Assembly: GCF_006345805.1 (NCBI RefSeq)
Contig: NC_043006.1
Location: 98,394,001 to 98,458,000 of the forward strand
Reading direction: 5' to 3'
DNA from: Octopus sinensis
Lineage: Eukaryota
Length of the DNA stretch: 64,000 nt
Both the position numbers and the translations under genes were made by a program. The notes under the pieces were generated by a model. The model searched no databases. It was given only the letters and a program-made list of their open reading frames with translations, and had not been told where the DNA came from. Each line of letters starts with the position of its first letter. Position 1 is the first letter of the stretch. Below are positions 39,404-52,116 of this stretch, in pieces.

Positions 39404-41245
39404 ATACGAAGTTACTCGAGAAGAGGAAAAATATGAAGTGGACTATTGAAGATCACCTTGAATATTCCTTTCTCAGCAGAGTGATTCGTCAGCAACTAAA
39501 GAAAGACTTTGAGGCATACCGGATGGAGAAGCTCTTGAATGCCGCAGAGGAAAAGAAGAGCCTCAAGAAATGCAAGAGGGACATATATAGATCGGAGGTG
39601 ACGGCCCTGAAGAATACAGATGGAATACCGGTCAACGAGAAGAGCGAGATGGAAAAAGTTTGCGAATACTTCTACACCAAGCTCTTTAAGTCTACCAGAA
39701 ATGTCTAGCCGTTACCACCACTCCAACAGGAAGAAAACGTGCCACCTATCCTTGTCTGTGAGGTTGAAAGAGCCATCGGCTCGATGAAAAACGGAAAGAC
39801 GCCAGGGAAAGACGGTATAACATCGGATGTGCAAAAGTCAGACAGAGAGCAGCTCTGGAAAATCCTCGCTGAGCGATTTACGCACTATCTAGACGAGGGA
39901 AGAATCCCCTCGCAGTGGAAAGAGTCAAGTAACATCCTGCTGTATAAGGGTGACAGAGAAGAGCTAAAGAACTACCGACCCATATGCCTGCTGTCTCACG
40001 TGTACAAGCTGTTCACGAAGATAATCCTCAACAGGTTATCACGTCGTCTCGACGAACAACAACCGAGGGAACAAGCAGGCTTCCGGAAGAACTACAGCAC
40101 AATGGACCATATATTTACTCTAACGCAACTGCTTGAGCGAGCAAATGTGTACAAGCTGCCTCTTTGCGTTGCGTTTGTAGACTATGAGAAGGCCTTCGAT
40201 AGCGTCGAAACCAATGCAGTACTGAACTCGCTGCAGAGACAAGGAGTCGAAGCGCAATATGTGCAGCTGCTCAGAGAGGCAAATTCCGGATGCACCACCA
40301 ACATAGCTCTACTGTCATCTCCCATACGAGTGCCGGTCGAGAAGGGAGTGAAGCAAGGAGATACAATCTCCCCAAAACTTTTCACCGCATGTCTCGAACA
40401 GATTATCAGAGGCATCGACTGGCAAGGCGGTGTCAACATCAATGGCGAGCTCCTCACCCACCTCCGTTTCGCTGACTATATCGTACTTATCGCTGAAAAC
40501 ACGGCTCAGCTTCAGACCATGCTGACGGAGCTCGACATCAAAAGCTCTGCAGTAGGTCTCAAGATGAACCGCATGAAAACAAAGTTCATGCGGTCAGACA
40601 ACGTATCAACAGGTCGAATGGTGATCGGCAGTGATGAAATACAGGAGGTAAAAGAATATGTCTACCTGGGACAGGAAGTGAATATGTGCCGAGATATTGA
40701 AAAGGAGATCTCACGGAGAGTAAGGGCCGGATTGAAGGCGTTCAATGGCATAAGGGATGTGCTCAAGGGAAGGTTGGACAGGACCACCCGCGCCAACCTC
40801 ATTAACAGTACAGTTGTGCCTGCAATGTTATATGGTAGTGAAATATGGGCTACCACAAAGAGAGAAGAGCAAAGACTGGTAACGGCTCAAAGAGCCATGG
40901 AAAGATCAATGCTTGGTATCTCGTTGAGAGAGCACATCAGTAGCAAGATCATCAGAAAGAAGTCCGGCGTGAGAGATGTCATCGCAGAGTATACACGCAG
41001 CAAGTATAGATGGGCTGGACACGTCGCCCGGCTCACCGATAATCGGTGGACCCACGCAGTTGTCGAGTGGTACCTGCGCGCGCGGAAAATACTACCCGGA
41101 AAACCTTCACGACGGTGGAGTTATGATTTCAGGAGGACGATTGGGATCACGTGGATGAGAAAGGCGCGATCCAGAGAGGAGTGGACAGCGTGCTGTAACC
41201 AGCGGTGTCAAATAGACGCCTGACGGACTGGTCGGTCAAGTGATC
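39404..41245 (+). mobile_element. Young 5'-truncated RTE-clade LINE
   Basis: Long RT reading frame, GC content visibly above the flanks, 3' end ...GGTCGGTCAAGTGATC followed by TATAAAAATA repeats that match the left flank (TSD-like). Confidence 0.93.
39739..41223 (+). pseudogene. RTE reverse transcriptase ORF (494 aa open; upstream part cut by in-frame TAG at 39706-39708)
   Basis: Motifs KTPGKDG, NYRPICLLS, QAGFR, AFVDYEKAFDSV, GVKQGDTISPKLF, YVYLG and WAGHVAR are present. The catalytic FADD is mutated to FADY (40468-40479) and there is no endonuclease domain. Confidence 0.9.
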
Positions 41246-44200
41246 TATAAAAATATAAAAATATATAAAAATATATATATAATATGCCATCCAGACAATC
41301 AAAAACTATCAAATAGTTTATGGCAGGGAGAGAACAATTTATTCAATGTAGCTGCCTTCGTTTTCCATTAGAACTTCAAGATATCTCCGGAACCTGGCGG
41401 ATGCATTTATCATTGTGACACAGCTGAAAAGTGTGCTTAAATGGATCGGGATTTAAACCCCAAGCCTTTTATCCGAGATGGTTAGCTATCCTTTTCTCCT
41501 CTAAAATGATGTGATTATAATTAACACACTTTTTCAAAAATTCATCATCATCTTGTCTCTCTTCCTAATTTTAATGAATCCTGGACATTAATCCTGTTAT
41601 ACAGTATATTCAAGGGAGAAAAATCGGGATTATCTCAATATTTTCGAGAAATCATTCAATTTGATACTCTTCGTAATATAGCCCCCACCACACAATCACT
41701 CAAAAAATACGGGGGAAGGAGTATGGGTTTTTTAAAATTAGTTTTGAAGGGGATAATTTAATAGGGAATACGAAGTGATGACTGGCGAGATTCTAGTACA
41801 CCATTGTGTAACTTATATATGAAACTCAGGGTAATTCTTGTGTCTCCATGCAATATTGTAGGATAGACCATGACTAGGTAATGCGAGAATTATACATTTT
41901 ATGATATGATTTTGCCCTGCTTTCTTCTACCAAGTTCTCCCTATAAGCATTTTTGATTGGGCAATCAGGTTATCCAACAAGTACACAACCATGTAGCAGA
42001 TTGTACTGGGCTACATATTACTAATAATATTCAAACCAATATGTATGTTGAACTTGAAATGCACACACATGCACACACATATACGCACACACGCACACAC
42101 TTACAAAGCATACATGTGCACACATGCACACATTCACAAACATACCACACATATCTGCATATGAAGAAAATTGATGTGAACAGCTATCATAGAAACGTGA
42201 ACAGTCTATGCAATGGAACTTGAACATTTTATAGCTCATTAATCTGTGGTCCCTGGCTAAAACCTATGAACAGGGCATGCAAAGCAAGACATGCAATACA
42301 AGATGTAAAAATATTCAAACGTGGTAATCATTGATCGACTCATGTAAAAGAGACTATTATACTTCCTAAACAACTTTCATTGTTTCAGCAAGTGGTTGCC
42401 AGGAAAGAGCAAGATATTTGGTCATGCATTGTGAATGAAATCATAAATGAAAGCTTGCAATACAATACGCGCTGGCTTGTTGGTGTTACGTATAAGGAAG
42501 TGTTATAAAGAATAAAAGGATTTTAACTAAATGTCATAAGACGATAAAAGATGAGATCAGAAATCCAAAACTCCAAGATCCTGGGGCAAACTATCATTCA
42601 TACTGCCATAATTGCTAGCGCAGTTTCCATCAAAAGCATCTAAGGCATTACAAATGACATGCAACCTTGATTGATCAACTGTTGCCACCAGCAGAGAATG
42701 CTCTTCAATAATTTAGTTACATATTTTCGATCAGGATTAATTTAGAGGTTTTTGTATTGCAAAAGCCGTATTTACTTGTTCCTTGCGTGTATGTTAGAAA
42801 TACAGAAAGGGAATAGTTTCACGTGACAATTATGAATCCTGTGTGAAATTATCTCAATTTGCACAAGTCCAGGTAGTTGGAGAAGGTAAGTCAATTCATG
42901 CAGAACAGCGGATTTCTTTGTAACATTTGAATAAACTTACAACGTCTGTTAATGCCGAATAGGTGACAATAATCGAATTCCTAGTAATTTTATTCGACTG
43001 TAGTTCTTCAGAAAATAATAGGAAATAAATATTTTTTAAAATCACATTAGTTAAGTTAGTTTTACATCCAAAATGACTCTAAGATCAAATCACCAGATGT
43101 TACGAGTTCTATGCCTAAGCAGTTAGAACATTAATTCAAGCAATATTGTATCGTCAGAGTGAATATCCTATTTCCTCTGGTTGCGTAGTAATGATTAAAG
43201 CTGCGCTACAATGATTAGGAAGAACAACTGAATGATTCTGCTAAGAATCCAAGTATTCAAATTAGAACATTCAAGTTGAAGTGTTTACACACAGCATACA
43301 ATTCAAAAGAAATTTCAGATGGTGGGTTAATTCTTTGTTAACCCCAAGGTCTTTAATAAAAAAAAAACAGGCGTTTCTTCACTCAATGTTGAGGAATAAA
43401 ATAAGTTTTGTAAATATGAGTGTAAATTTTAATGTATATTTTGTGGGTTTCTTCACATGCAAGGCGGTAACTAAGCAGGTAATCATCTTTGTATGGTCCG
43501 TTTCTATATGAAAGGAATATAATCCGCTAATATTACAACTGAAAGTTTATTTGGGGCTCAGGAATTTGCATAAAATTGTTTAGGACTTCGATTGCGTCAA
43601 TTATAAATTTGCGCAGCTGCGGTAAAATTTGGGGAGATTTTTGTGCTTTTGATATAGCCGGTTGAGAAACATTTTGTAATTGGATGTAAGACGTTCCTTT
43701 GTGGTTCATTATTCTTTCATCTATTTTTCTCTCTTATTCCGTTTTCAAAGTAGTATTCATACAACTTTCTAAAGCTTCACTGCTTCCCCACCACAACGAG
43801 AAAAACTGATGCTGTATACAATATTTAAAACTAAACACACACGCACACATACGCATACACACTCACAAATATATTTATATATATTTGCCCATCTATATTT
43901 ATGAGTGGATTCATTCTTTTCAATTTCATGATTATTCGAACGCGACAAGGATCTGATCGATCTAGAGTTTCGTGGCAGAGGACGAAGACCACTTATTGAT
44001 GACAAATAAAAACAACTAATATACTGCTAGTTGATGCAGACTTCAACATTTTAAATTTCTTGTTTATGTGACAACATTGATTTAATCTTCAGATATCAAT
44101 CTTTCCCACATATTAGAGTCTCCATCACCTCGAAACTTTCGGTTATGACTACAACTGATAGAGAAAGAAATTACGCCGAATCACCACAACTGTTGTCCCT

Positions 44201-45010
44201 TGGGACGAATGCGAGGTTTATACATATTTTCTACAATGGGGATAGATCTTCGATGGGATATCATAGAGTGAGGATCTATATTAACGATCGAGTGTGCACC
44301 TACGCGATACAAATTTAATTCACACATTCACGTAAATATAGTCAAACATATATTCTTATATGCGTACATACGAATGTATGTGTGAGTGTGCACGGCCATT
44401 TGAAAATATGTGTGTTTCGTAAATTTCTGCTTCGTATATTATATCAACAATATGAATATTTCACAGCGTTCAGCAATTAGTTTAATGCCTTTTTTGGTAA
44501 TGTTGACTTATCCTGTAACCTACCATTTGTTTCTCAGTCTAATTCTTTCTGAAGTGTTTATTTGTACACGGTATTAATGAAATAAACGTAATGTGAAAAT
44601 ATTTGTTTCGCAAATTCTGCTTCCGTCAATCGAACAAACCTTTCTGTGATGATGGAAAATCATTAAAATTTCTACTCATGATATGTAAGGTTAATTCGCT
44701 TAAATATTTTATTTACTCTCTGTTTTTTTCCCAATTTCCACAAATTTACAACTGTTTTCTAGTTCAATTACCGATATTGGGAATATAGCGCACAAGCTTC
44801 GAGAAATGTTCATCCCGATCGAAGAAATTTAAAACACAAAACCCTACGAAATATTCATAATTGTTCTTTAACAAATGAAAGCCAACAGACGCCGAATAGC
44901 TTGTCGATATTTACATGTAGTTCTGGCTTTTTAAAGTTAACAGTGAATCTATATAGTAATGACACTCTTTTCCTGGTTACAAAGTAGAAAGGGGGAGTAA
45001 TAAGGAGTGA

Positions 45011-45222
45011 TTACTCTTTTACTTGTTTCAGTCATTTGACTGCGGCCTTGCTGGAGCACCGCCTTTAGTCGAGAAAATCGACCCAGGGACTTATTCTTTG
45101 TAAGCCCAGTGCTTTTTATCTCCGTCTCTTTGCCGGAACCGCTAAGTGACGGGGACGTAAACACACCAGCATCGGTTGTCAAGCAATGCTAGGGGACAAC
45201 ACAGACACACAAACACACACTG

Positions 45223-45270
<48 letters not shown>

Positions 45271-45413
45271 TACGGCAGGCTTCTTTCAGTTTCCGTCTAC
45301 CAAATCCACTCACAAGGCATTGGTCGGCCCGGGGCTATAACAGAAGACACTTGCGAAAGGTGCCATGCAGTGGTACTGAACCCGGAACCATGTGGTTGGT
45401 TAGCAAGCTACTT
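45011..45413 (-). mobile_element. SINE family A, 3' part (interrupted)
   Basis: Family A reverse complement breaks at ...GTTAGCAAGCTACTT and resumes at 47636. Confidence 0.9.
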
Positions 45414-47635
45414 TATTTCAAAACATTTGCCATAAAGGCAGTACACAGATTAAGTTAGCTTTGCGGGCTGGACGAGGACATTAATGAGGTGAATGATAAT
45501 GAAAGAAAGATGATAAGGATGGGAGAAGACAAAAAGCGCCCGCCGACTTTCGCTTCTCTAAAACATTGTTCTTTTTAAAGATAACACAAAACGAGGTATT
45601 AAACCTCTTACAATTTTTCCAATTTTTGGACTTAGCAGTCCATTATTAAAAGAAAACGAGGTATTAATCCACTTACAATTTTTCAACTTTTGGACTTAAG
45701 TCCATTGCTAATAATACATATCGTCCTCGAAATAGCTTGTGCCCGCGCCCTCCACCATCAACCACGCCTCCCTCAGAACGTAATCAAGTTCCGAGTTCGC
45801 GCCGCCCGGGACCAAGTTATAATCTTCATTGGGCTCCTTTAGCCCAAGCGTCACGTCGAACACCACGGCCTCCACAGCTGCCTGCGGAGGCCATTCGGGG
45901 TCCTGTGTGAAGGCTAAAGGTGCTCTCTTGTAGTGCTCTTCCATCACTTTTTCAATTTCTCCTCCTCTATAGAAGAGGACCAATACGTTCAGTTATTTCG
46001 TTGGCGGCACAGTTCCCGCCAACGGTATTCCTTCTCTTGTCGGTGGCGCAACCCCAACCGACGTAGTTCCGGGACATTCCGGTGCTACACTGACAGCCGG
46101 TAATGTCCCGTTTTTCTTCCTCTTTTTCTTTTTTTCCCTTTTCAACTGAGGGAGGGTGCGTCTCCTCCGTGGCTGGAAGATTTGCCTTCCTCTCCTCATC
46201 CCTATTATCCTTTGGTGAGCACCCATTGTTGCTCACCTTCCTCTTTCGGCCTCTGTTTGAGGAGTCCTCTGCTTTCTCGGCCGTTATCGTTCCCTCTTCT
46301 AGAGGGGTTTTACTTAACTGTTCCGGGATCCTATTTTGTTCCCGAGGACAGTTCTTCTTTATGTGGCCGGACTCCAAGCACCGATGACACTTAGGGGGGC
46401 GACCCTCAAGCATCACCGGGTACCTGCACCCGGCCATTTTCAAAAAATCTGGAAGAACCAGATTGGCTGATTGGGTCCACAGGGTCAAAATTGCTTTTGA
46501 CCCAACCCAAGCAGCCGCAGGAAGAACTTTTACATTAAGGAGCTTAGTTTCACTGTCACCCAGACCCCGGCGGATAGTCTCCTCTATCCACTCGGGTTCT
46601 ATGTCGGGTGGCAATCCGCATATCCAAGCTTTCATCAATTTCTTTTTTTGTACGTGGGCAGGAATAAGATTTCCTTACCCTCCAGGGGTTTGCTAGCAAA
46701 TTTGCAAGCCTCTTCAGGGGTGTCAAATAGCAACCACACCGTTGCATATTTGACACCCCTGGAAATGAATTTAATTGTTGGCAAATACTCTTCCAACTCC
46801 TTTTCAATTGCCGTCTTTTCGAATAAGGCGATGGTGTCGAGTGCCTTGGAGTAGGTTCTCAACACCACCGTCCTATCTTCACGGTCTTTTAACCACTTTT
46901 TAGGTGGTATGATTTCCCACTCCAAAATTTTGTTATTTTTCATTGCCATGTTTTTTTTAAAATATATTCAAATTAAACTCAAAAAGCAGGAAGAATAAAG
47001 TTCAAAAGTCCAAATAAAATTTGATAGATTTTTGAAAAAACAAAAAGGAGAAAGCACAACAGAAGTGAAGAAATCAACGGAAAGTCGCAATAAAGAAAAA
47101 AAACAAAAGGGGGGTTAAATGAAGTTCAAAAGAAAGTTAATAAACAGAAAAAACACAGCAAAAATATTCTGGCCTTGCGGTACTCCCGGCCTGGGTTGAA
47201 CCTGGATCGCCGCAACTGCAACACAACCTCCACAAAAATGGGTCCGAAAGGTAATCCAATAGTGGCTTATTTTTATAATTTTCTTGCGAAGTAGTAGTTT
47301 TCACAATTCATAAAAGTTCTTCACAGCACAATACAATTCTCACAATTACGCGAGAAAAATATTTACTCACTTTATCGAAGACGGATACGCCCCCGAAAAT
47401 TTTCTCAGCGAGAAAAATATATTTGCCACATGTCGGCAGAATCAGAATTCTGAATCCAGTAGGACTTCCTGCCTGTAAAAAACAATTCTCAACAAAAACT
47501 CCCACTGGACCCAGAAAACAGAATCTTACCTTACATGGGGCTTCCAAAGTTTTCAATTCAAGACGGCTTCAATAGCACGTCTTCACCGCTTCAGTGCCAA
47601 ACACAACACTGACTCGCACATGCGCAGAAGCAACC
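45414..47635 (-). mobile_element. ORF1-only Tx1/L1-like non-autonomous retroelement with 15-bp TSD
   Basis: TSD GTTAGCAAGCTACTT (45399-45413) / GTTAGCAAAGCTACTT (47636-47651). It has a ~690-nt 5' UTR, a gag-like ORF1 and a ~300-nt 3' UTR ending at an AATAAA that overlaps the TSD. No APE or RT sequence is present. Confidence 0.8.
45708..46949 (-). pseudogene. LINE ORF1-like nucleic-acid-binding protein with CCHC knuckle (frameshifted)
   Basis: ORFs 46635-46949 and 45967-46638 join if one A is restored in the A-run at ~46643-46649 (..PTYKKKKLMKAWICGLPPDI..). The zinc knuckle is EGRPPKCHRCLESGHIKKNC. An acidic C-terminal segment (45708-45983) lies in another frame. Confidence 0.75.
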
Positions 47636-47673
47636 GTTAGCAAAGCTACTTACCACACAGCCACTCCTGCGCC
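47636..47673 (-). mobile_element. SINE family A, 5' head remnant
   Basis: CTACTTACCACACAGCCACTCCTGCGCC. Confidence 0.85.
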
Positions 47674-48076
47674 TATTTAAATATTTTAGAAATTTCAGAC
47701 TGTCAATATTGAAAATAATTAACGCCAAGTGAATAACGCTCACCGCCTTATAAACACATGTATATCACGAACTAACTGCTACTTTCTTAGACGGAGCACG
47801 AAGTTTCCCCCAACTGAATGTTTTCTGCTGCTCATATATTTCTGCTTTCATACCTCCAGCAGACATAAACCACCGGCCTTATCTTCTTTACACATTTTCT
47901 CATCCTCAACGCCTGCGTCCCCTGGACTCCCAGCTTCCATTTTACCTCGTCACTTTTAAAACAACATATTGAAATATTGAAAAACTCTGACTGCTCACGC
48001 TTTCTCCTGGATAGCTTTGAAATAATTAATTTCATTTACATACCAATCTGTCTGTCTATCTATCTATCTATCTATC

Positions 48077-48118
<42 letters not shown>

Positions 48119-48265
48119 GTTTTTCTGTCTCACTATCTCTGTATACACACGCACGCACGTGCGCAAACATACCCATACACATATTTATATAGGTATATAT
48201 ACATATAGATATATATATATAATATATATATATATATTATATATATAATATATATATATATATAT

Positions 48266-48371
<106 letters not shown>

Positions 48372-48673
48372 GTGGAGGCGCAATGGCCCAGTGGTTATGG
48401 CAGCGGACTCGCGGTCGTAGGATCGCGGTTTCGATTTCAAGACCGGGCGTTGTGAGTGTTTATTGAGCGAAAGCTCCACGGCGCTCCGGCAGGGGGTGGT
48501 GGCGATCCCTGCTGTACACTTTCACCACAACTTTCTCTCACTCTTTCTTCTGTTGGCCTGCTCGCTTTGCCAGCGGGGTGGCATCATTTGAAGGCTAAAA
48601 CAATGCGAAGCGCACTGTGACCAGCGATGTACAACAACATCTGATAGCCAGGTCGGTCACGTGATCACGTGAT
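48372..48673 (+). mobile_element. tRNA-head SINE family C
   Basis: GTGGAGGCGCAATGGCCCAGTGGTT (A box)..GGTTTCGATT (B box); tail GGTCGGTCACGTGATCACGTGAT; second copy at 60279-60589. Confidence 0.85.
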
Positions 48674-48753
48674 ATATATATATTATATATATATGTGCGT
48701 GTGTGTGTATACATATTCACATAAACATACTTGCACAAACAAACGCACATACA

Positions 48754-48814
<61 letters not shown>

Positions 48815-49479
48815 GCATATATACCAAGATATGTGAAGGTCACTATCATACGTTAGATTGAAGGAGTATTATTTTGGAACGTATCATCTCTAATTTATAT
48901 AACCATGTTAGAGTTTATCAGGATATTCCTCGATTGTTACAGAGAAAAACGACCGTATATTCAGCGTGGATTAACAATTGTTCTATGTGAGAACCTATGA
49001 ATTCTGTCCAAGTCTCCGTTGTGTTTGTGTTTACGATCTGGAATTCTACAAACTAAGCACGCATTCATGCATCATCTAACTCAGTATGAATCTCCATATT
49101 TGATAACACCATAATAAATTTCACTTCTCGCATACTATCACGCACATATTCTAGGTTTCTTTATATTTCCTCAATACACTTGGAATATCAAATAACACCG
49201 AATTATTTAAAATATGTTTTTATATTTCCTTACTTCTATACACGATTTTCCATTGTTATTATTGTTTCCCATACAATTTATCTGTTTATTAAATTGGTAT
49301 TTTGTTTATTAAATTAGTATTTTGTTTATTAAATTAGTATGTTTCATTCATAACAGTATTAGTTTAAAGAATGTCTTCTCAAAACCTCGTTGCATGATAT
49401 TTCTCTTAAAAGTTATATATACTTAACAGCTAAAACTTTCTCACTGATTGCATTTTAATTTTGTTTTAATATTTCGTAT

Positions 49480-51130
49480 CAGGATCTATAGCCTGTATTT
49501 TATTTTCAATACTCTTTACTTTCCAGGGACATGCATATACCACTCATAAAAATCTTATAGTTTCATCATAGAGACTAGGTCTTGCGTTTGCCCGGCAGTT
49601 TTGACCGGTCTGTGACTTTCAGCCCATTCTCGGTTACTGCTATGATTTCAATGCCCCTACATTTACCATACAATGAGTTAGCATATCATCGATCTAAGTT
49701 TTTTACGAGTTTGTCTTTAACTGTTGGTATGGTTTCCCCTTCTATATTGAAAGGCAATTGTTTCTGCCAACCTTTCACAAAAGTCAGAATGCCTTATTCG
49801 CATTATTGACCAGGTTTTAAGTTCATCCAGTCTATCCAGAAATATTTTCATTGGCATTTGGTCTCTTACTAGTATTTGTATGTCGATAATACAAGTCTTA
49901 TTAGGTAACTTCATTTTTAGTTTTCTTCTGAGATATCTGTTGATCAAAATAGCTTCTCTGTAACAAACACAAACCAGATGACCCGAAGCAATTCTAAATT
50001 TTAGATGGTGCCAGTCCGTCGTGAGTCACATTTTGAAGTTGTCATAGAAGTTCTTTAAAACTTCAATCATCTTCGGTCTATGACTTACATTCAGGATCGA
50101 AGTTGGGCAATCAGTTCTGCTTCAGCTTCCTTTGGTAAGTACAATCCTTCCACTTTCACCAGTCATCAACCAGTACGTCTTTACGACACACCCCTCTAAA
50201 GAGTGTGCAAAGATTATAACGTACTTGATTTTGATACTTGTACACTTTATATGGTACTTCATCACTTTTTGATACATTCTTCATTCCTGTCTTCCTCGGG
50301 AATTTCTCTAATTCTTGTTGCAGAAATCATCGCGCAGAAATTGGAATCTTGATTTTGTCTCATGTTATTACACTTTTCTTTAGATCTTCATACAAGACAC
50401 ACAAAAAAAAAACCCTCTTCCTCCTCGCATCTGAGTTATTTCCAGGACGAGCACATCTCCATCTCACTTCTTAACTGTTTTATCCTACCTTTTCGCCTAT
50501 TTTCGCTGGGTTTAGCAAATAGTTTCTTTTCCCACCGTCCTTTATTGTAAATAATTTAACACTTCTTTCGCAGATTGTGTCTGCAAGCATGTTCCACTAG
50601 TCCAATGTGACGCCTTCATTTTATGGAGTATTTTGCATACTTTGTCTTCCTAAGTTTTGTTACTGGCCAAATAAGCTTTAATTTCTTCGTTGTCTCATCT
50701 GCAGAAGAGGTTACTTGACCGAAAGTTTTGGAAAGAGCTTCAGCAGAAGCATTTATCAATTCACTATGGTTTGACTCCAGGGAGGATTTATTTCGTGTTT
50801 GAGGTTTAGATTGTTTTGATTTCTTCAAACACTTGGTTTGATGGAGCTTCAATCCAAGTTGGGTACAAAATGTTTTACAGCACTACCTGTACTTGTAGCC
50901 GCCTCCACTCTATTCTCTATTCTTTTGTACGAGTTCTATTTCCAATACCAGGTCTGTATAAACTTTAATACCTATAGATGAGACATCATGTAATGAGCGT
51001 GAGTAAAGCATTTCATTTTCTCTTACTCCAGTGTCTTCAGCGCTGAAAATGGGTATTGGGGCTGCTGTCCCTTCCTCCTGCTATTACACCCTGGATATTC
51101 CTCTAGTTTAAGGATCTCAAGGCTTTTAAG
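49480..51130 (-). mobile_element. Decayed Hero/R2-superfamily RLE LINE with deletions
   Basis: Peptides CKTFCTQLGLKLHQTKC (N-terminal zinc finger), KLIWP, VEGLYLPKEAE, KNFYDNFKM..TTDWHHL...IASG and IEGETIPTVKDKLVKNLDR*YA..GLKVTDRSKLPGK. Confidence 0.75.
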
Positions 51131-52116
51131 CTGGATAATTCTATTCGTGACAGAACAATTAACGAAATTATGGTACCATATCACATTCATGAACATGTGA
51201 CGACTATATTTTTGGTTATATATGTACCTGTTTATTGATGTGTGTGTAGGAATCAATATACACTCGTGATGGTCTACGTGGTTTTCCTATTTCTGCTTTG
51301 GTGTGATTCGTTTTTATCCTTTTCGTTAAGAGACAGTTTAATCCGCGAATAGTTTTTAGCGTATTCTCTTCAACGCTAAAAATATCGGTTCGTGTATTAA
51401 TACTTGGTTGTTAATATACTGTTTATTTATTAATACACTTCTTATATGGTAAATCATTTCAGTATCTCTCCTGTTAATTCAGTAATAATATTGAATGGCA
51501 TTCGTAGAGATATTCATAGGCAAGTATAGATATGCACATCTCTGGTTATGATAATTCTAGTATAGATATAAAACACTGCACTGGAATACCTATTGTTTGC
51601 GTGTCTCTTATTAATACAGGGTTCAGGTTTTCGCGAAAAAAAACGAGAGAGAATCTATATTAGAAAAGAGTCGGATATTAAATCTGACGTTTGTGGCACT
51701 TTGGTTGGTTGAAAAGGGTAAAGTCCATTGCCATAACCCCAACCCCACACACAGATCACACACACAACACACAAACACACATACACACACACATGCGCAC
51801 ACACACACAACCAAACATAGAATATACTTCAGAGCAGTGCTGATAGTCAAACACTGTCCATGGTTTTCAATGCATCTTTTTTGTTATTTCTCTATGGATG
51901 TTTGAATCACGTGCATATAAGGAATTGAAAAAATATTAATTTTCACTTCCTATTGTAAGAAATATTCTCATATATTTCATTTATTTTCTTATAACACGAT
52001 GCTTCAAAACTTCTCTCATCTCTCTGACTGTATCTATGTATCTATCGATTGATCGTTCTATCGATCTGTATATCTATCTATCAATCTATTTATGTATCTC
52101 TCTATCTACCTATCTA

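Noticed and set aside
47165-47260. snRNA or rRNA fragment
   Set aside because: Only short coincidental matches (Sm-like ATTTTTG, GGGAGTACCGCAAG); no extended similarity to U1, U2, U4, U5 or SSU rRNA
49283-49340. 20-bp x3 repeat (also 23-bp x2 at 2212-2257 and 10-bp x3 at ~32086) as CRISPR-like arrays
   Set aside because: Direct tandem repeats without spacers in eukaryotic DNA
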